Source of the DNA: an uncultured Candidatus Rokubacteria bacterium
Lineage (GTDB): Bacteria > Methylomirabilota > Methylomirabilia > Rokubacteriales > CSP1-6
Length of the DNA stretch: 64,000 nt
Assembly (NCBI GenBank): GCA_963758635.1
Contig: CAVWWD010000007.1
Coordinates: 192,001-256,000, forward strand
Direction of reading: 5' to 3'
The notes beneath the pieces were generated by a model, which saw only the letters and a program-made list of their open reading frames with translations, did not search any database and was not told where the DNA came from. Shown here in pieces: positions 51,768 through 62,028 of the stretch (the first letter of the stretch is position 1; every line of letters starts with the position of its first letter). A program made the translations under genes and the position numbers.

Positions 51768-52271
51768 ATGAGCGATGCGGCCGAGCCGGGTCCCCGGGCA
51801 CGGGAGCCCGGCCACGCCGAGCGCGCCCGGACGGTGGTCGAGCACGAGAGCGCCGGCACCCTCGCGACGCTGTCACGCCGTCATCCCGGCCATCCGTTCG
51901 CCTCGCTCATGCCCTACGCCCTCGACGGCGCGGGCCGGCCGCTGATGCTGGTCAGCGCGCTCGCCGTGCACACGCAGAACCTCGAGGCCGACCCGCGCGC
52001 CAGCCTCCTCGTGACCGCGCGCCACGACGGCGGCGAGCCGCTCGCCGGAGCGCGCGTCACGTTGCTGGGGTCGGCGGTCCGTCTCGGGCCCGGCGAGGCG
52101 GCGGACGCCCGTCCGCGCTACCTCGCCCGCCATCCGGCCGCCGAGGGCTGGATCGACTTCGGGGACTTCGCGTTCTGGCGCCTCGACGTCGAGGAGCTGT
52201 ACTTCGTCGGAGGGTTCGGAGCGATGAGCTGGGTGACCGCCGCCGCGTACGTGGCGGCGCGCCCGGCCTGA
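51768..52271 (+). CDS. HugZ / pyridoxamine 5'-phosphate oxidase-like protein
   Basis: GTLATLS, PFASL, S.LAVHTQNL..DPRASLL, YLARHP, DF, FVGGFG. Confidence 0.88.
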   Translation: MSDAAEPGPRAREPGHAERARTVVEHESAGTLATLSRRHPGHPFASLMPYALDGAGRPLMLVSALAVHTQNLEADPRASLLVTARHDGGEPLAGARVTLLGSAVRLGPGEAADARPRYLARHPAAEGWIDFGDFAFWRLDVEELYFVGGFGAMSWVTAAAYVAARPA

Positions 52272-52310
52272 GCGGCCGCTCGCCCGCGGCCGCGCCGGGA
52301 GAGGAACGAC

Positions 52311-52466
52311 ATGACCGATCCAGCACCCCGAGCCGCCGACGCGGCCCACATGGCCGCGGGCATCGAGCGCGCCGCCGTCGACCTGGCGCTGGCCGAGGAG
52401 CCGTCGCGCTTCGCCGCCGCGCTCGAGGAGGCGGCGCCGGCGCCGCCGAGCTCCGACCGTGGCTGA
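52311..52466 (+). CDS. Small 51-aa protein preceding the amidase (GatC/AtzG-like partner candidate)
   Basis: GAGGA RBS, ATG; MTDPAPRAADAAHMAAGIERAAVDLALAEEPSRFAAALEEAAPAPPSSDRG; overlaps the amidase start. Confidence 0.6.
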   Translation: MTDPAPRAADAAHMAAGIERAAVDLALAEEPSRFAAALEEAAPAPPSSDRG

Positions 52467-53871
52467 CATGACCGCCTCCGCGCTCGCCGCCGACGTCCGC
52501 GCCGGGCGGCGCTCGCCCGTCGAGCTGGCGCGCGAGTGCCTGGATCGGATCGACAAGCTCGACGGCCGCCTCCGCGCCTTCATCACCGTGGACGCCGACG
52601 GGGCGATGCGGACGGCGCGCGCGCTCGAGGCCGACGCGCGGGCGGGACGATGGCGAGGGCCGCTCCACGGCGTCCCCGTCGCCTTCAAGGACCTGTGCCA
52701 CCTGCCGGGGCTGCCCACGTCCTGCGGCACCAAGACGTTGGAGTACTTCCGGGCCGAGCACGAGTGCGAGGCGGCGCGGCGGATGCTCGCGGCCGGCGCG
52801 GTCGGGCTGGGCAAGCTCAACATGTCGGAGCTCGCGATGGGGCCCTTCGGCGACAACGCGCACCACGGAGACGCGCAGAACCCGTGGCGGCCGGGCCACT
52901 GCACCGGCGGCTCCTCCAGCGGCTCCGGCGGCGCCGTCGCCGCGGGATTCGCCGCGGCCACCGTGGGCACGGACACCGGCGGCTCGATCCGGCTGCCCGC
53001 GGCGTGCTGCGGCGTGGTCGGGCTCAAGCCCACCTACGGTCGTGTCAGCCGCGCCGGGGCCATGCCGCTGTCGTGGTCGCTGGACCACATCGGGCCGCTG
53101 GCGTGGACGGTGCGCGACGCCGCGCTCCTCCTGGGCGTGATGGCCGGACACGATCCCCACGACGCCACGTCGAGCCGGCTGCCCGTCCCCGACTACGTGG
53201 CCGCGCTCGACTCGCCGATCCGCGGCCTTCGCGTGGGCGTGCCACGGACTCTCTTCTTCGAGGGCCTGCACCCCGAGGTCGATGCCGCGGTCCGCGGCGC
53301 CCTGCGGGCGATGGAAGGGCTGGGCGCTCACGTGGTGGACGTAGAGCTTCCCGACCTCACGGTGGCCGCGGACGTCGCCAACGTCATCGCGCGCGCGGAG
53401 GCGGTGGCGGTCCACGTGCGTCTGCTCACGGAGCGCCCGCACGAGCTCCAGCCCGCGGTGCGGGCCCGCCTCGAGGTCGGCCTGCGGATCCCCGCGCTCG
53501 ACTACCTGCAGGGCCTCCGGCTCCGCTCGCGTCTCGCGCGGCGCTTCATCGACGAGGTCTTCGGGTCGGTGGACGTGCTGGTCGTGCCCAGCATTCCCGA
53601 GCCGGCGCCGTCGCTCGACGACGTCAAGGCCGGCTCCACCGAGGACGTGGTCGCGCGCATGGGCCGCTTCTCACGCCTCACGCGCCCGTTCAACGCGCTC
53701 GGGCTGCCCGCGCTCGCCGTCCCCTGCGGCTTCTCGAGCGCCGGATTGCCGCTGAGCCTGCAGGTGGTGGGCCGCCCCTTCGACGAGGCGACGGTGCTGC
53801 GGGTCGGGCACGCCTACGAGCAGGGCACCGAGTGGCACCGCCGCCGTCCGGCGCTCTGGGCCGCGGCGTGA
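52459..53871 (+). CDS. Amidase signature family protein (GatA/AtzE-like)
   Basis: GPLHGVPVAFKD, GKLNM.E, GGSSSGS, GTDTGGSIRLPA. Confidence 0.92.
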   Translation: MADMTASALAADVRAGRRSPVELARECLDRIDKLDGRLRAFITVDADGAMRTARALEADARAGRWRGPLHGVPVAFKDLCHLPGLPTSCGTKTLEYFRAEHECEAARRMLAAGAVGLGKLNMSELAMGPFGDNAHHGDAQNPWRPGHCTGGSSSGSGGAVAAGFAAATVGTDTGGSIRLPAACCGVVGLKPTYGRVSRAGAMPLSWSLDHIGPLAWTVRDAALLLGVMAGHDPHDATSSRLPVPDYVAALDSPIRGLRVGVPRTLFFEGLHPEVDAAVRGALRAMEGLGAHVVDVELPDLTVAADVANVIARAEAVAVHVRLLTERPHELQPAVRARLEVGLRIPALDYLQGLRLRSRLARRFIDEVFGSVDVLVVPSIPEPAPSLDDVKAGSTEDVVARMGRFSRLTRPFNALGLPALAVPCGFSSAGLPLSLQVVGRPFDEATVLRVGHAYEQGTEWHRRRPALWAAA

Positions 53872-53884
53872 GCCGCGCGGCGCG

Positions 53885-54569
53885 CTACCGGTCCAGGCAG
53901 TAGGCGAGGCGGTACAGCGCCAGCGTTCGCTCGGGCGCCGCGCCGTGCGCGGTGAGCGCCTCGGCCCCCAGGGGCTCCGTGAAGGCGTCGGCGGCCACGT
54001 CCGCCGTGACGGCCTCGACCATCAGCACCCACCGGGCCATCACGTCGGTGCGGTCCTGCAGCTTGCCCTCCGCGGTCCGGGACTTTGCCCCCGTCGTGGC
54101 CGCGTCCGCCTCGCAGAGGTGCACGCCCACGACACCGGCGCGCTTCGTGGCGGCGGGCATGGCGGACCCGATGAGCCACGCGCGAAGGTCGGTCTCGCGC
54201 CCCGGGGCCGGGCCGAAGTCGAGCGTGGCGAGCGCCCCGCCGACGCCGGCCCCCAGCGTGAGGGTCGTGCGGCACGCCGTCCGCTTCGAGTTCCGGAACA
54301 GCGGCAGCGCGCGCTGCGTCCACGGCGTGGGGTTCTGCAGTCGCTCCAGATAGCGCGGCGCCGTCGAGGACCGCCAGGCTTTCCGTCTCGTAGAGCACGA
54401 AGTAGCGGGGGCCCTCGCCGGCCGCCTCGTATCGGCGCCCGCGCAGGAAACCCTCGATGCCGACGCGCTCGGGGATGTGCTCCAGGTTGTGCCACTGGAC
54501 GAACTCCGGCTCGCCGCCGGGAGCCAGGTCATGCCAGAAGGCGAGGACGGCGCCGCCACGGAGTGTCAT
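53885..54569 (-). CDS. Hypothetical protein, DUF4286/EthD-like (apparent frameshift near 54355)
   Basis: EF..WH..EHIPERVGIEGFLRGRRY, YF.LYE, then YLERLQNPTPWT in another frame. Confidence 0.7.
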
Positions 54570-54824
54570 GGCGCGACGCTAGCCGGCAGGGGCCGCCGCC
54601 GTCAAGTGCCCGGGTAGGTTACCCAAGGGGAGCCTCGGCAGCAGTCGGCTGGAGTGTCGGTTCACGTGGTGAATCGTCGCAGGCGCGCGCTCGCCGCCGA
54701 CCGCTTCCGACCCCTTCCCCCAACAGCAACGCGGACAATCCGCGGACAACGTCCGAGCCCGCGTGCCGGCCGCCGCGCCTCGCAGGGGCGCCCTTCCGTG
54801 TGCGCCGCCATCGCAGAGGATAGG

Positions 54825-54849
54825 TGTCCACGAAACCGGGGCAAGTCCA
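54825..54849 (+). mobile_element. Orphan IS3-family-like terminal repeat
   Basis: TGTCCACGAAACCGGGGCAAGTCCA resembles IS3-type right ends; no transposase adjacent. Confidence 0.5.
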
Positions 54850-54895
54850 AGCCACCCCTCGCGGTAAAGCGTGAGCGGTGCTAGGCTACCCTCAA

Positions 54896-55255
54896 ATGCA
54901 ACGCAAAGGATTGCTTCACTTCCTCGTCACGGAGCGCCGTGAGGGCTGGCTTGCGCGGTGCCTAGACCACGACTTCGTCACGCAAGCCGACACCCTCGAG
55001 GCCCTCTCTTGCGAGATTCAGCGCGCAATTGCTGTCCATGTCTTTGTTGCCATCCGGGAGGGGCGTGAGCCGTTTGCTGGCATGCCGGCAGCTAGCCAGA
55101 AGTACTGGGACATCTACGAGCGATCGGGCGTCGTCATAACGCCGAGGACGGGCAGACTGACGCTTCACGCCGATCCGCCGGTGGTGGAGGTGCTGGAGGA
55201 ACAGATCGACACGCCAGCCCCTGAGCTGAGGCTGGAACCAGCCGGAGTAGGTTAA
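54896..55255 (+). CDS. HicB-like protein
   Basis: GWLARCLDHDFVTQADTLEAL..EI resembles the HicB N-terminal fold; lower GC. Confidence 0.6.
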   Translation: MQRKGLLHFLVTERREGWLARCLDHDFVTQADTLEALSCEIQRAIAVHVFVAIREGREPFAGMPAASQKYWDIYERSGVVITPRTGRLTLHADPPVVEVLEEQIDTPAPELRLEPAGVG

Positions 55256-55742
55256 GAAAGCCTCGGTTCTGACGCAGCACGGTTTCACCGGGCCGCCCAC
55301 TCTCCAGCAGTTCCTCAACATCGCCGCGCAGCACGGAATCTCTCTTCGCCGCACCGCGCCGATGTCGGAAGGGCCGCATGGGCCTGTACGTTTCTACTAT
55401 CTTCAGCGCGGCGAGGCGATCGTTCCGATTCCAACGACAATCCCGCCAGAGCGCCTCCTGCTCTGGGAAACCGTGGAGGACTGGGCCGCCCGTCCGCGTG
55501 CGCCGCCAGCGCACCATTACCTGGTGCGCCAGAACGTATGAGCCAGAGCCTCGACGACCGCAGCCGGCGACTGGAGTGGCTGGGCGGGGGGAACGCCAAC
55601 GCGGGCCGCTGGGCGGTCGAGCTCGAGCGCCGAAAGGATCGTGTGCGGGAGCGAGGGGTGCAGGTGTGTCAAGGCCGGCAGGCTCCATGGGCCCTACACA
55701 TACTTAAGGCTCGGCCGACGGCGCGGACCGCGGCCCCGGATC

Positions 55743-56819
55743 TATTGAGAGTTCGAGAAATAATGCATACGCTGCCCATGTGCACCACTACAGTGGGCTC
55801 CATGAGACCATCAGGGACCGCCGAGCAGTTGGAAAAGCGTCGTCGCCGGGCGATCGCCCTCCTGCAGGCCGGGACACCGTATCGCGAGGTTGCGCGGCGG
55901 CTCGCGGCATCGTTGAGTTCGGTAGTCCGGTGGGAACAAGCGTATCGCCGGGACAAGCGGAAAGGGCTGCGCGCTCGTCCGATTCCAGGACGTCCATGTC
56001 GCTTGTCGGTTCGGCAGCAGGAGCAGCTGAAGGTGGTGCTGCTCCGGGGCGCCGGCGCGGCCGGGTACGCCACCGAGCTGTGGACGCTCCGGCGCATCAG
56101 TGAGGTCATCCGCAAGCGATTTGGCGTTCGCTACAGCCCGGTCGGCGTCTGGGCGCTGTTGCGGCACGGTCTGCAGTGGAGTTGGCAGAAGCCGGAACGG
56201 CGCGCCCTCCAGCGCGACGAGGCGGCCATCGCCCGGTGGAAGCGGAGCGAATGGCCGCGGTTAAAAAAACGCCGCGCGCCTGGGCGCCCATCTCGCATTC
56301 CTCGACGAAAGCGGCTTTCTCCTGATTCCCAACGTGCGCAAGACCTGGGCGCCCGTCGGACACACTCCGTACCTGCGGCATAGTTATCGGCGTGACAAGG
56401 TCTCCGTCATCTCGGCGCTCACCGTGGCCCCGCGTCGCCACCGGCTCGGGTTGTACTTCGATCTCCACGTGCGCAACATCACCGGTGCCGAGGTCATCAC
56501 GTTCCTCCGCCAGCTGCTCCGCCACTTGCGGGGACCACTCGTCCTGCTGTGGGATGGCGGGCAGATTCATCGGCGTCGGGACGTGCGGGCCTTTCTCCAA
56601 CGACATCCCCGCGTCAACGTGCACCGCTTTCCCGGGTACGCGCCAGAGCTCAACCCTGATGAGTTCGTCTGGACGCAGGCCAAGCGCGAGCTGTCCAATA
56701 TCGATCACGATGGGCTCGTCACGCTCACGCTGCACGTCGTGCGATCCCTTCAGCGTATCGGCCGATCCCAAGCTCTGCTCCGCTCGTGCCTCGACGCGTC
56801 CGATCTCCCGTGGCCGTAG
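55743..56819 (+). mobile_element. IS630-family element, two-ORF transposase (55802-56819) with probable programmed -1 frameshift
   Basis: wHTH ORF (WT..I..RFGV.Y, WQKP.RRA.RDE), slippery TTAAAAAAAC at 56261, then DESGF, WDG, YAPELNP.E; AT-rich left end, right IR not seen. Confidence 0.85.
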
Positions 56820-57039
56820 CCCGTCAGCCTGGTGTCATTCTCAGACGACTGGACCGATATCGGCGGGATTGGGACGTGATATGCTGCGGCGCCTCGCTGT
56901 AGCACGGTGTGCGCGCCGGACCTTGCTCGGTAACCAGCCGAAAACTCAACCAACCCTCACGGGACCCCAAGCGGAGGCGATCTTTGATATACAGCTCAGC
57001 GTTATCGGATAACCCAGTGCTCGCGGTGGAGGGGGAGAT

Positions 57040-57210
57040 GATACCCCGCTGCGGCGCGCGGCGGATGGCGGAGACCTCGCCGCTATTGGTTGACGAAGTC
57101 GCTGCCGCGTAGGCCGCTGCGGCGGGTGCTGTCGCTGCCGTTCGCGCCGCGGTTTCTGCTCGCGACAGAGCCTCAGGCGCTGACGCCGGTGCTCGCGATG
57201 TTTATCGAAC
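57040..57210 (+). pseudogene. IS91-like transposase fragment
   Basis: CGARRMAETS.LLVDEV, VLSLPF..RFLLATEPQALT with frameshifts. Confidence 0.55.
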
Positions 57211-57303
57211 TCTCGGGCACATGGGGTGGCGGGCAACAGACCGGACCACGGATCTCGATCGCCCGCTGCTCCGGCGTCTCGGCTCCTGGCGCGCTCACAT
57301 CAT

Positions 57304-58155
57304 TCATCCCAGGGCCTGCGCGGCGATGGCGCTGACGGAGATGCCGGGATCGGGGTTGGGGCTTCGGCCACGGACCATTGTTTTGACGGAGTCCACCCGA
57401 GGTAGGCCGATTTCCTCCAGCCATTCCGACAGACCGCTGTCCCCGGTCACATCGAGGCGACATAAGGTGCCGGCATGGGTATGCAGCCCGTTGAGGATGA
57501 GGGCCTTGGCCCCGCCCGGGTCAGGCGCCACCACCGGGCCGACCAGCCAGCCTCGTCCGAAACGGCGAACCTGCGCGAATCCGACCGTCTGATGGTCACG
57601 GGTCAGGACCACGGTGTGGGCGTTGGCCGCCAGCCTCTCGAACAAGGCGGTGCGGTCCATGCCGCTCGCGCGGCTGTAGAGGTCGCCCAGGCCGTTATCC
57701 GACTGGCCCATCGTTCTCACCCGACCGCCCGGGATCCCCTCGGCCACGGCAACGCCGGGGGCGATGGCCTGGTGCTGATGAATGACGCCGGTCTCGACGA
57801 AGCCCAGCTTCTCGTACAGCGGCAAGCCCGCGGCGGTTGCGTTGAGCACTACGGTTCGTCCGGCGAGGCGATCGAGCATGGCCTCCATCAGCTTGCGGCC
57901 GAGGCCTTGGCCTTGCACGTCGCTGGCCACGATGACCATGCCAACGGTCGCAAAGTCTTCGCCGTAACGCCAGGCCATGACGGTGCCGAGGACGCGCCCC
58001 GCTTGTTCCGCCACGATGCCTTCGCCGGCCTCGAGGAAGAGTGCCCAGTCCTCCTCGCGATGCGGCCAGGCCTGCTCGCGCGAGAGCGCGGTCGCGGTGC
58101 CGATGTCCGGGCTGGTCATTGGACGCAGCGTCAGCGAGCCTGCTCGCGTAGCCAT
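57304..58155 (-). CDS. GNAT N-acetyltransferase (two-domain, YitH-like)
   Basis: WPHREEDW, QGQGLGRKL, AT.AG.PLYEKLGF, RRFGRG..GPVVA; AGGAGG RBS. Confidence 0.88.
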   Translation of the reverse strand: MATRAGSLTLRPMTSPDIGTATALSREQAWPHREEDWALFLEAGEGIVAEQAGRVLGTVMAWRYGEDFATVGMVIVASDVQGQGLGRKLMEAMLDRLAGRTVVLNATAAGLPLYEKLGFVETGVIHQHQAIAPGVAVAEGIPGGRVRTMGQSDNGLGDLYSRASGMDRTALFERLAANAHTVVLTRDHQTVGFAQVRRFGRGWLVGPVVAPDPGGAKALILNGLHTHAGTLCRLDVTGDSGLSEWLEEIGLPRVDSVKTMVRGRSPNPDPGISVSAIAAQALG

Positions 58156-58426
58156 GAGATCCCTCCTGATTCGTGCAGGGCCCGACGCCCGTGAATTCCC
58201 CCCTCGTCCCGCGGTGCGCCACATACGGAGTCGCTAGCTCAAAGATGCCAGTACCGCCGGCGACCAGCCACGGCGCGGCGCCTCCTCCGAGGCCGACCGG
58301 GTGACGCCACCCCGTGGGGCAAGCGAGGTCCGCTGATGGTTGAGCCCTCGCGCCGCGTGAAGGGAGGCGATGGCGACCAGTCCGTTGATCGCGGGCCGGG
58401 CGCTGCTTACAATTCCCACGCGCACG

Positions 58427-59620
58427 ATGGATACGATCTACGACGTGGTCGTAGTGGGCAACGGCATGTTCGGGGCGGCGGCCACGCGCCACCTGAGTGC
58501 CCGCGGCTCGCGGGTCGTCGCCGTGGGTCCTGACGAGCCGGCCGACTGGAAGACCCACGATGGCGTGTTTTCCAGCCACTACGACCAGGGCCGCATCACC
58601 CGGGTCATCGACGCCGATCCCATCTGGGCTCAGCTGGCGCAGCGTTCGATCGCGGTCTACCCGGAGCTCGAGGCGCAGAGCGGCATCACGTTTCACCATC
58701 GCTCCGGAGGAGTCTGGATCTACCCGCAGATTCCGGCGGCGCTGGCTCGCCTCCAGCAGGCCGATGCAGTCGGACGGACCTTCGGTGCCGAGTTCGAGCG
58801 GCTCACGGACAAGGAGGCGATGGCCCGGTTTCCCTTCCTTCAGGTGCCCTCGAACGCCATCACGTTGTGGGAACGCGGCCCGGCCGGGCACATCGATCCA
58901 CGCTCGATGGTGCGAGCCCAGCTTGCCGTCGCCTGCAAGCAAGGGGCGACTGTCCTGCGCCAGACGGTGACGAGCTACACGCGACGGAACGACGTTTTCG
59001 AGGTGACCACCGACGGGGGAACTCGCGTACGGGCCGCGAAGCTCCTGATCGCGGCCGGCGCCTACACCAACCACTTGCTGGCTCGCCCCCTGGCCATGCA
59101 GTTCAAGGCCCGGACGGTCTTGTTGGCGGAGATCGACGAGACGGAGGCCCGACGCCTGCAGGCCCTCACGTCCACGATCCTGTGGCTGGCCGACGACCCC
59201 GTACTGGACTCCGTCTACTCGACGCCCGCCGTGCGCTATCCGGACGGAAAGCTGTGCATCAAGATCGGCGGCTCCCGGCACACCCCATACCTCCTGGAAA
59301 CTCCCCAACAGTTCCGCCAGTGGTTCCAGGGGTCCGGCGACGCCGAGGAGCTCGCCGCTCTGCGCAGCGTGCTGCTGGCGTTGCTGCCCGGCCTGAGGGT
59401 CATCTCCTACGGCGCCAAGACCTGCGTGGTCGCCTACACGGCTCACAACCGTCCTTACATCGATCGCTTGGACGTCGACCAGGGGTTCGTGGTGGCCGGC
59501 GGCTGCGGGGCCGGGGCCAAGTCGTGTGACGAGATCGGCCGCGTCGCCGCGGGCCTGGTGGAGGCCGGCGCCTGGAGCTATGACCTGCCGGCCGAGACGT
59601 TCGCCGCGCGATGGCAATGA
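58427..59620 (+). CDS. FAD-dependent oxidoreductase (DAO / sarcosine oxidase-like)
   Basis: DVVVVGNGMFGAAA, SSHYDQGRI, AAGAY, GGCGAGAK. Confidence 0.87.
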   Translation: MDTIYDVVVVGNGMFGAAATRHLSARGSRVVAVGPDEPADWKTHDGVFSSHYDQGRITRVIDADPIWAQLAQRSIAVYPELEAQSGITFHHRSGGVWIYPQIPAALARLQQADAVGRTFGAEFERLTDKEAMARFPFLQVPSNAITLWERGPAGHIDPRSMVRAQLAVACKQGATVLRQTVTSYTRRNDVFEVTTDGGTRVRAAKLLIAAGAYTNHLLARPLAMQFKARTVLLAEIDETEARRLQALTSTILWLADDPVLDSVYSTPAVRYPDGKLCIKIGGSRHTPYLLETPQQFRQWFQGSGDAEELAALRSVLLALLPGLRVISYGAKTCVVAYTAHNRPYIDRLDVDQGFVVAGGCGAGAKSCDEIGRVAAGLVEAGAWSYDLPAETFAARWQ

Positions 59621-60285
59621 CGTTTCGTCCCAGATACATCACCTTCGACTGTTACGGAACGCTGATCGACTTTCAGATCCACAGCCTGACGAGAACGCTC
59701 CTGGCCGACCGTCTCGACCTCGCTCGGATGCCCCTGTTCCTCACCGACTTCAGCGCCTACCGCTTCGACGAGGCCCTGGGCTCCTGGAAACCCTACGCCG
59801 AGGTGATCAAGACGGCTTTGCGCCGATGCTGCCAGCGCTGGAGCGTGCCCTACCGCGACGCCGACGGCCAGCAGCTCTACGAAGCGGTGCCCACCTGGGG
59901 CCCGCACCCAGATGTCCCGGCCGCGCTGGCGACGCTGGCTCGGGAGCTTCCGCTCGTCATCCTGTCGAACGCCTCGGACAGCCAGATTGGTCACAACGTG
60001 GCCCGGCTGGGCGCGCCCTTCCACGCTGTCTACACCGCCGAACAAGCCCAGGCGTACAAGCCGCGGCTCCGGGCCTTCGAGTACATGATCGATGGCCTGC
60101 GCTGCGACCCCGGGGACCTGCTCCATGTGTCCTCCAGCCTTCGGTACGATCTAATGTCGGCTCACGACGTGGGTATCCGGCATTGCGCCTACATCGAACG
60201 CGGCCACGGCCCCTCGACCAGCTACTACGGACATCCCACCCTGAAGGACCTGAGTGAGCTGCCCGCTCTGGTCGGACTGAAATAG
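59617..60285 (+). CDS. Haloacid dehalogenase type II (HAD family)
   Basis: TFDCYGTL, LSN, YKP, HVSSS.RYD. Confidence 0.88.
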   Translation: MTFRPRYITFDCYGTLIDFQIHSLTRTLLADRLDLARMPLFLTDFSAYRFDEALGSWKPYAEVIKTALRRCCQRWSVPYRDADGQQLYEAVPTWGPHPDVPAALATLARELPLVILSNASDSQIGHNVARLGAPFHAVYTAEQAQAYKPRLRAFEYMIDGLRCDPGDLLHVSSSLRYDLMSAHDVGIRHCAYIERGHGPSTSYYGHPTLKDLSELPALVGLK

Positions 60286-60864
60286 GGACGGCCCCGCGGC
60301 GCCCGTCAGCGAGGCCGGCTGCGTAAGGTTCATCGACGAGTCCGGCGAGGACTACCTCGACCCGGGGGACCACTTCGTGTTCGTCGAACTGCCCCAGAGG
60401 CGGCTCGCGCCGGCCGCTGAGCGCTAGCATTGAGGCGATCAGGTCGGTGCTTCGTGGGTCGACACGCGCCTCTTTCCGGTGGCTGCGTGTATCCGCGGCG
60501 TGTATCCATTACTTAGCGAATTCCCAATAATGCCGCGGCACCACGTGCGAACGGTGCGGCGGTGGCTCCGCGAGTTCCGCCAGCGAGGTCGAACATGAAG
60601 CTGGCCATGCGCCTCGTCGCCGAAATCTGTACCTCGACGAGGTGACGCCCGATGAACGACCGCCTGGCATCCGCCCTGGTCCCAGAGGCCTTCAACTCCG
60701 CCGATTGTTGCGCATGCTGCGTACCGACCGCCGCCCCGCTGACCTGGAAGCTGCGCCCGCGCGCGCCCGACGAGCCGGAGCCGCCCAGCGACCGAAGGCG
60801 TCCGACAAGGACGAGGTGACGGAGTGATGAGCCTTCCGGGGCGGCCGTGCGGACCTACGGCGTC

Positions 60865-62013
60865 TCAGTAGCGGAAGAGCGCGGCGACCCCGCTGTCGCC
60901 GCACGGGACGTCTTCTCGCGCGACGGCGTGCACCGCGCCCGCACGCTGGATCGTGTAGATCACTGCCAGGTTCAGCAGATCCTCAACGCCGGGCCCCGGC
61001 GAATCCGCGCGCCCGAGCGAGCCCGTTTCCGGATCAAACGACCCCCACACCTCAACGTCGGTTGCCACGAACAGGTCCACAACCCGCCCCTGTGCCGCGG
61101 CCGTCAACACCGCAGGGAGATCGGTCGCAGTGAGGCGCGGTCCGGCTTCCTCGTACCGCGCTCGCGCGGCGTGGCGCGGAGTTTCCAGTCGGGGTCGCAC
61201 GATCTCCCACGCCCGCGCCGCGAGCACCTCGTTCGCCATCCCGTCCGGGCTGCCGAGCACGGCCTCCGGGACAGTCCCCGGATGTGTGCTGATCTCCCGG
61301 TAGATGGCGTGCAGGTACTCCACGGCCGTCACGACCAGCGGCACCCGCGGGTCGGGCAGGAGCCGTGAGAGCGCACGGTCCACGAGGTGGAAGCAGTGAC
61401 GGCTCAGCTCCTTCGTCCGATCCAAGCCCGGCAGGTGACCGTGCACCGCGGTACCGAGCTGGCCTCCGGCGCGGGTGACGACGTGTCTCTGGAGGTTCTG
61501 GCCGGGCGGCTCATAGGCCAGCGCCTCCCGCATCTTCGCGGGGAGGTCTCCGAGGTCGACTTCCCGCGCGGTGGCGGCCGTGGCCTCGATGAGCCGGACA
61601 TCGTGCTGGCTCAGCGCGAGCACGTAGAACGTCTCCTCGGCGAGGAGCGCGGGCAGGAGTGGCTTCAGCCAGAAACGCGGCCCCGTCACGACCGCCTCCC
61701 GCAGCGGCCATGCAAGCCCGTGCTCGCGGAAGAAGTTCGGGGCGATGAAGAACGCGAGCCCGCCGGCGTGCCGCCGCCAGAACGCCGCGTCGTCGACGCG
61801 GTCGAGCAAAGGGGCCAGGACGCGCTCGGCGAAGGCCTTTTCGAGCCCATGCTCCGCGAGCTGGCGCCGCGCCTCACGTGTGAGCGTCTTCAGCCGGATC
61901 GAGTCCTGCGACATCTTGACGTCGGTCGGTCGGCGCGGCATCAACACGGAGACGGCCGGGTGGAGGTCCAGCTCGATCAGGTCGCGGAGAGCCGAGCGGG
62001 TGAAAGCTGTCAC
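60865..62013 (-). CDS. Bacterial archaeo-eukaryotic release factor family protein (baeRF3/7-like)
   Basis: AVSV.MP, IRLK.L, GLA.F, LKPLL, FYVLALSQ..VRL, GRV..LF, DL...A...G.V, AALFRY. Confidence 0.78.
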   Translation of the reverse strand: MTAFTRSALRDLIELDLHPAVSVLMPRRPTDVKMSQDSIRLKTLTREARRQLAEHGLEKAFAERVLAPLLDRVDDAAFWRRHAGGLAFFIAPNFFREHGLAWPLREAVVTGPRFWLKPLLPALLAEETFYVLALSQHDVRLIEATAATAREVDLGDLPAKMREALAYEPPGQNLQRHVVTRAGGQLGTAVHGHLPGLDRTKELSRHCFHLVDRALSRLLPDPRVPLVVTAVEYLHAIYREISTHPGTVPEAVLGSPDGMANEVLAARAWEIVRPRLETPRHAARARYEEAGPRLTATDLPAVLTAAAQGRVVDLFVATDVEVWGSFDPETGSLGRADSPGPGVEDLLNLAVIYTIQRAGAVHAVAREDVPCGDSGVAALFRY

Positions 62014-62028
62014 GCCCGGGCTCCGCGG

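Noticed and set aside
60290..60520. Short remnant (FIDESGEDYL) and a CGTGTATCC direct repeat as a possible att site
   Set aside because: Too short, with no integrase or tRNA partner to support an island boundary
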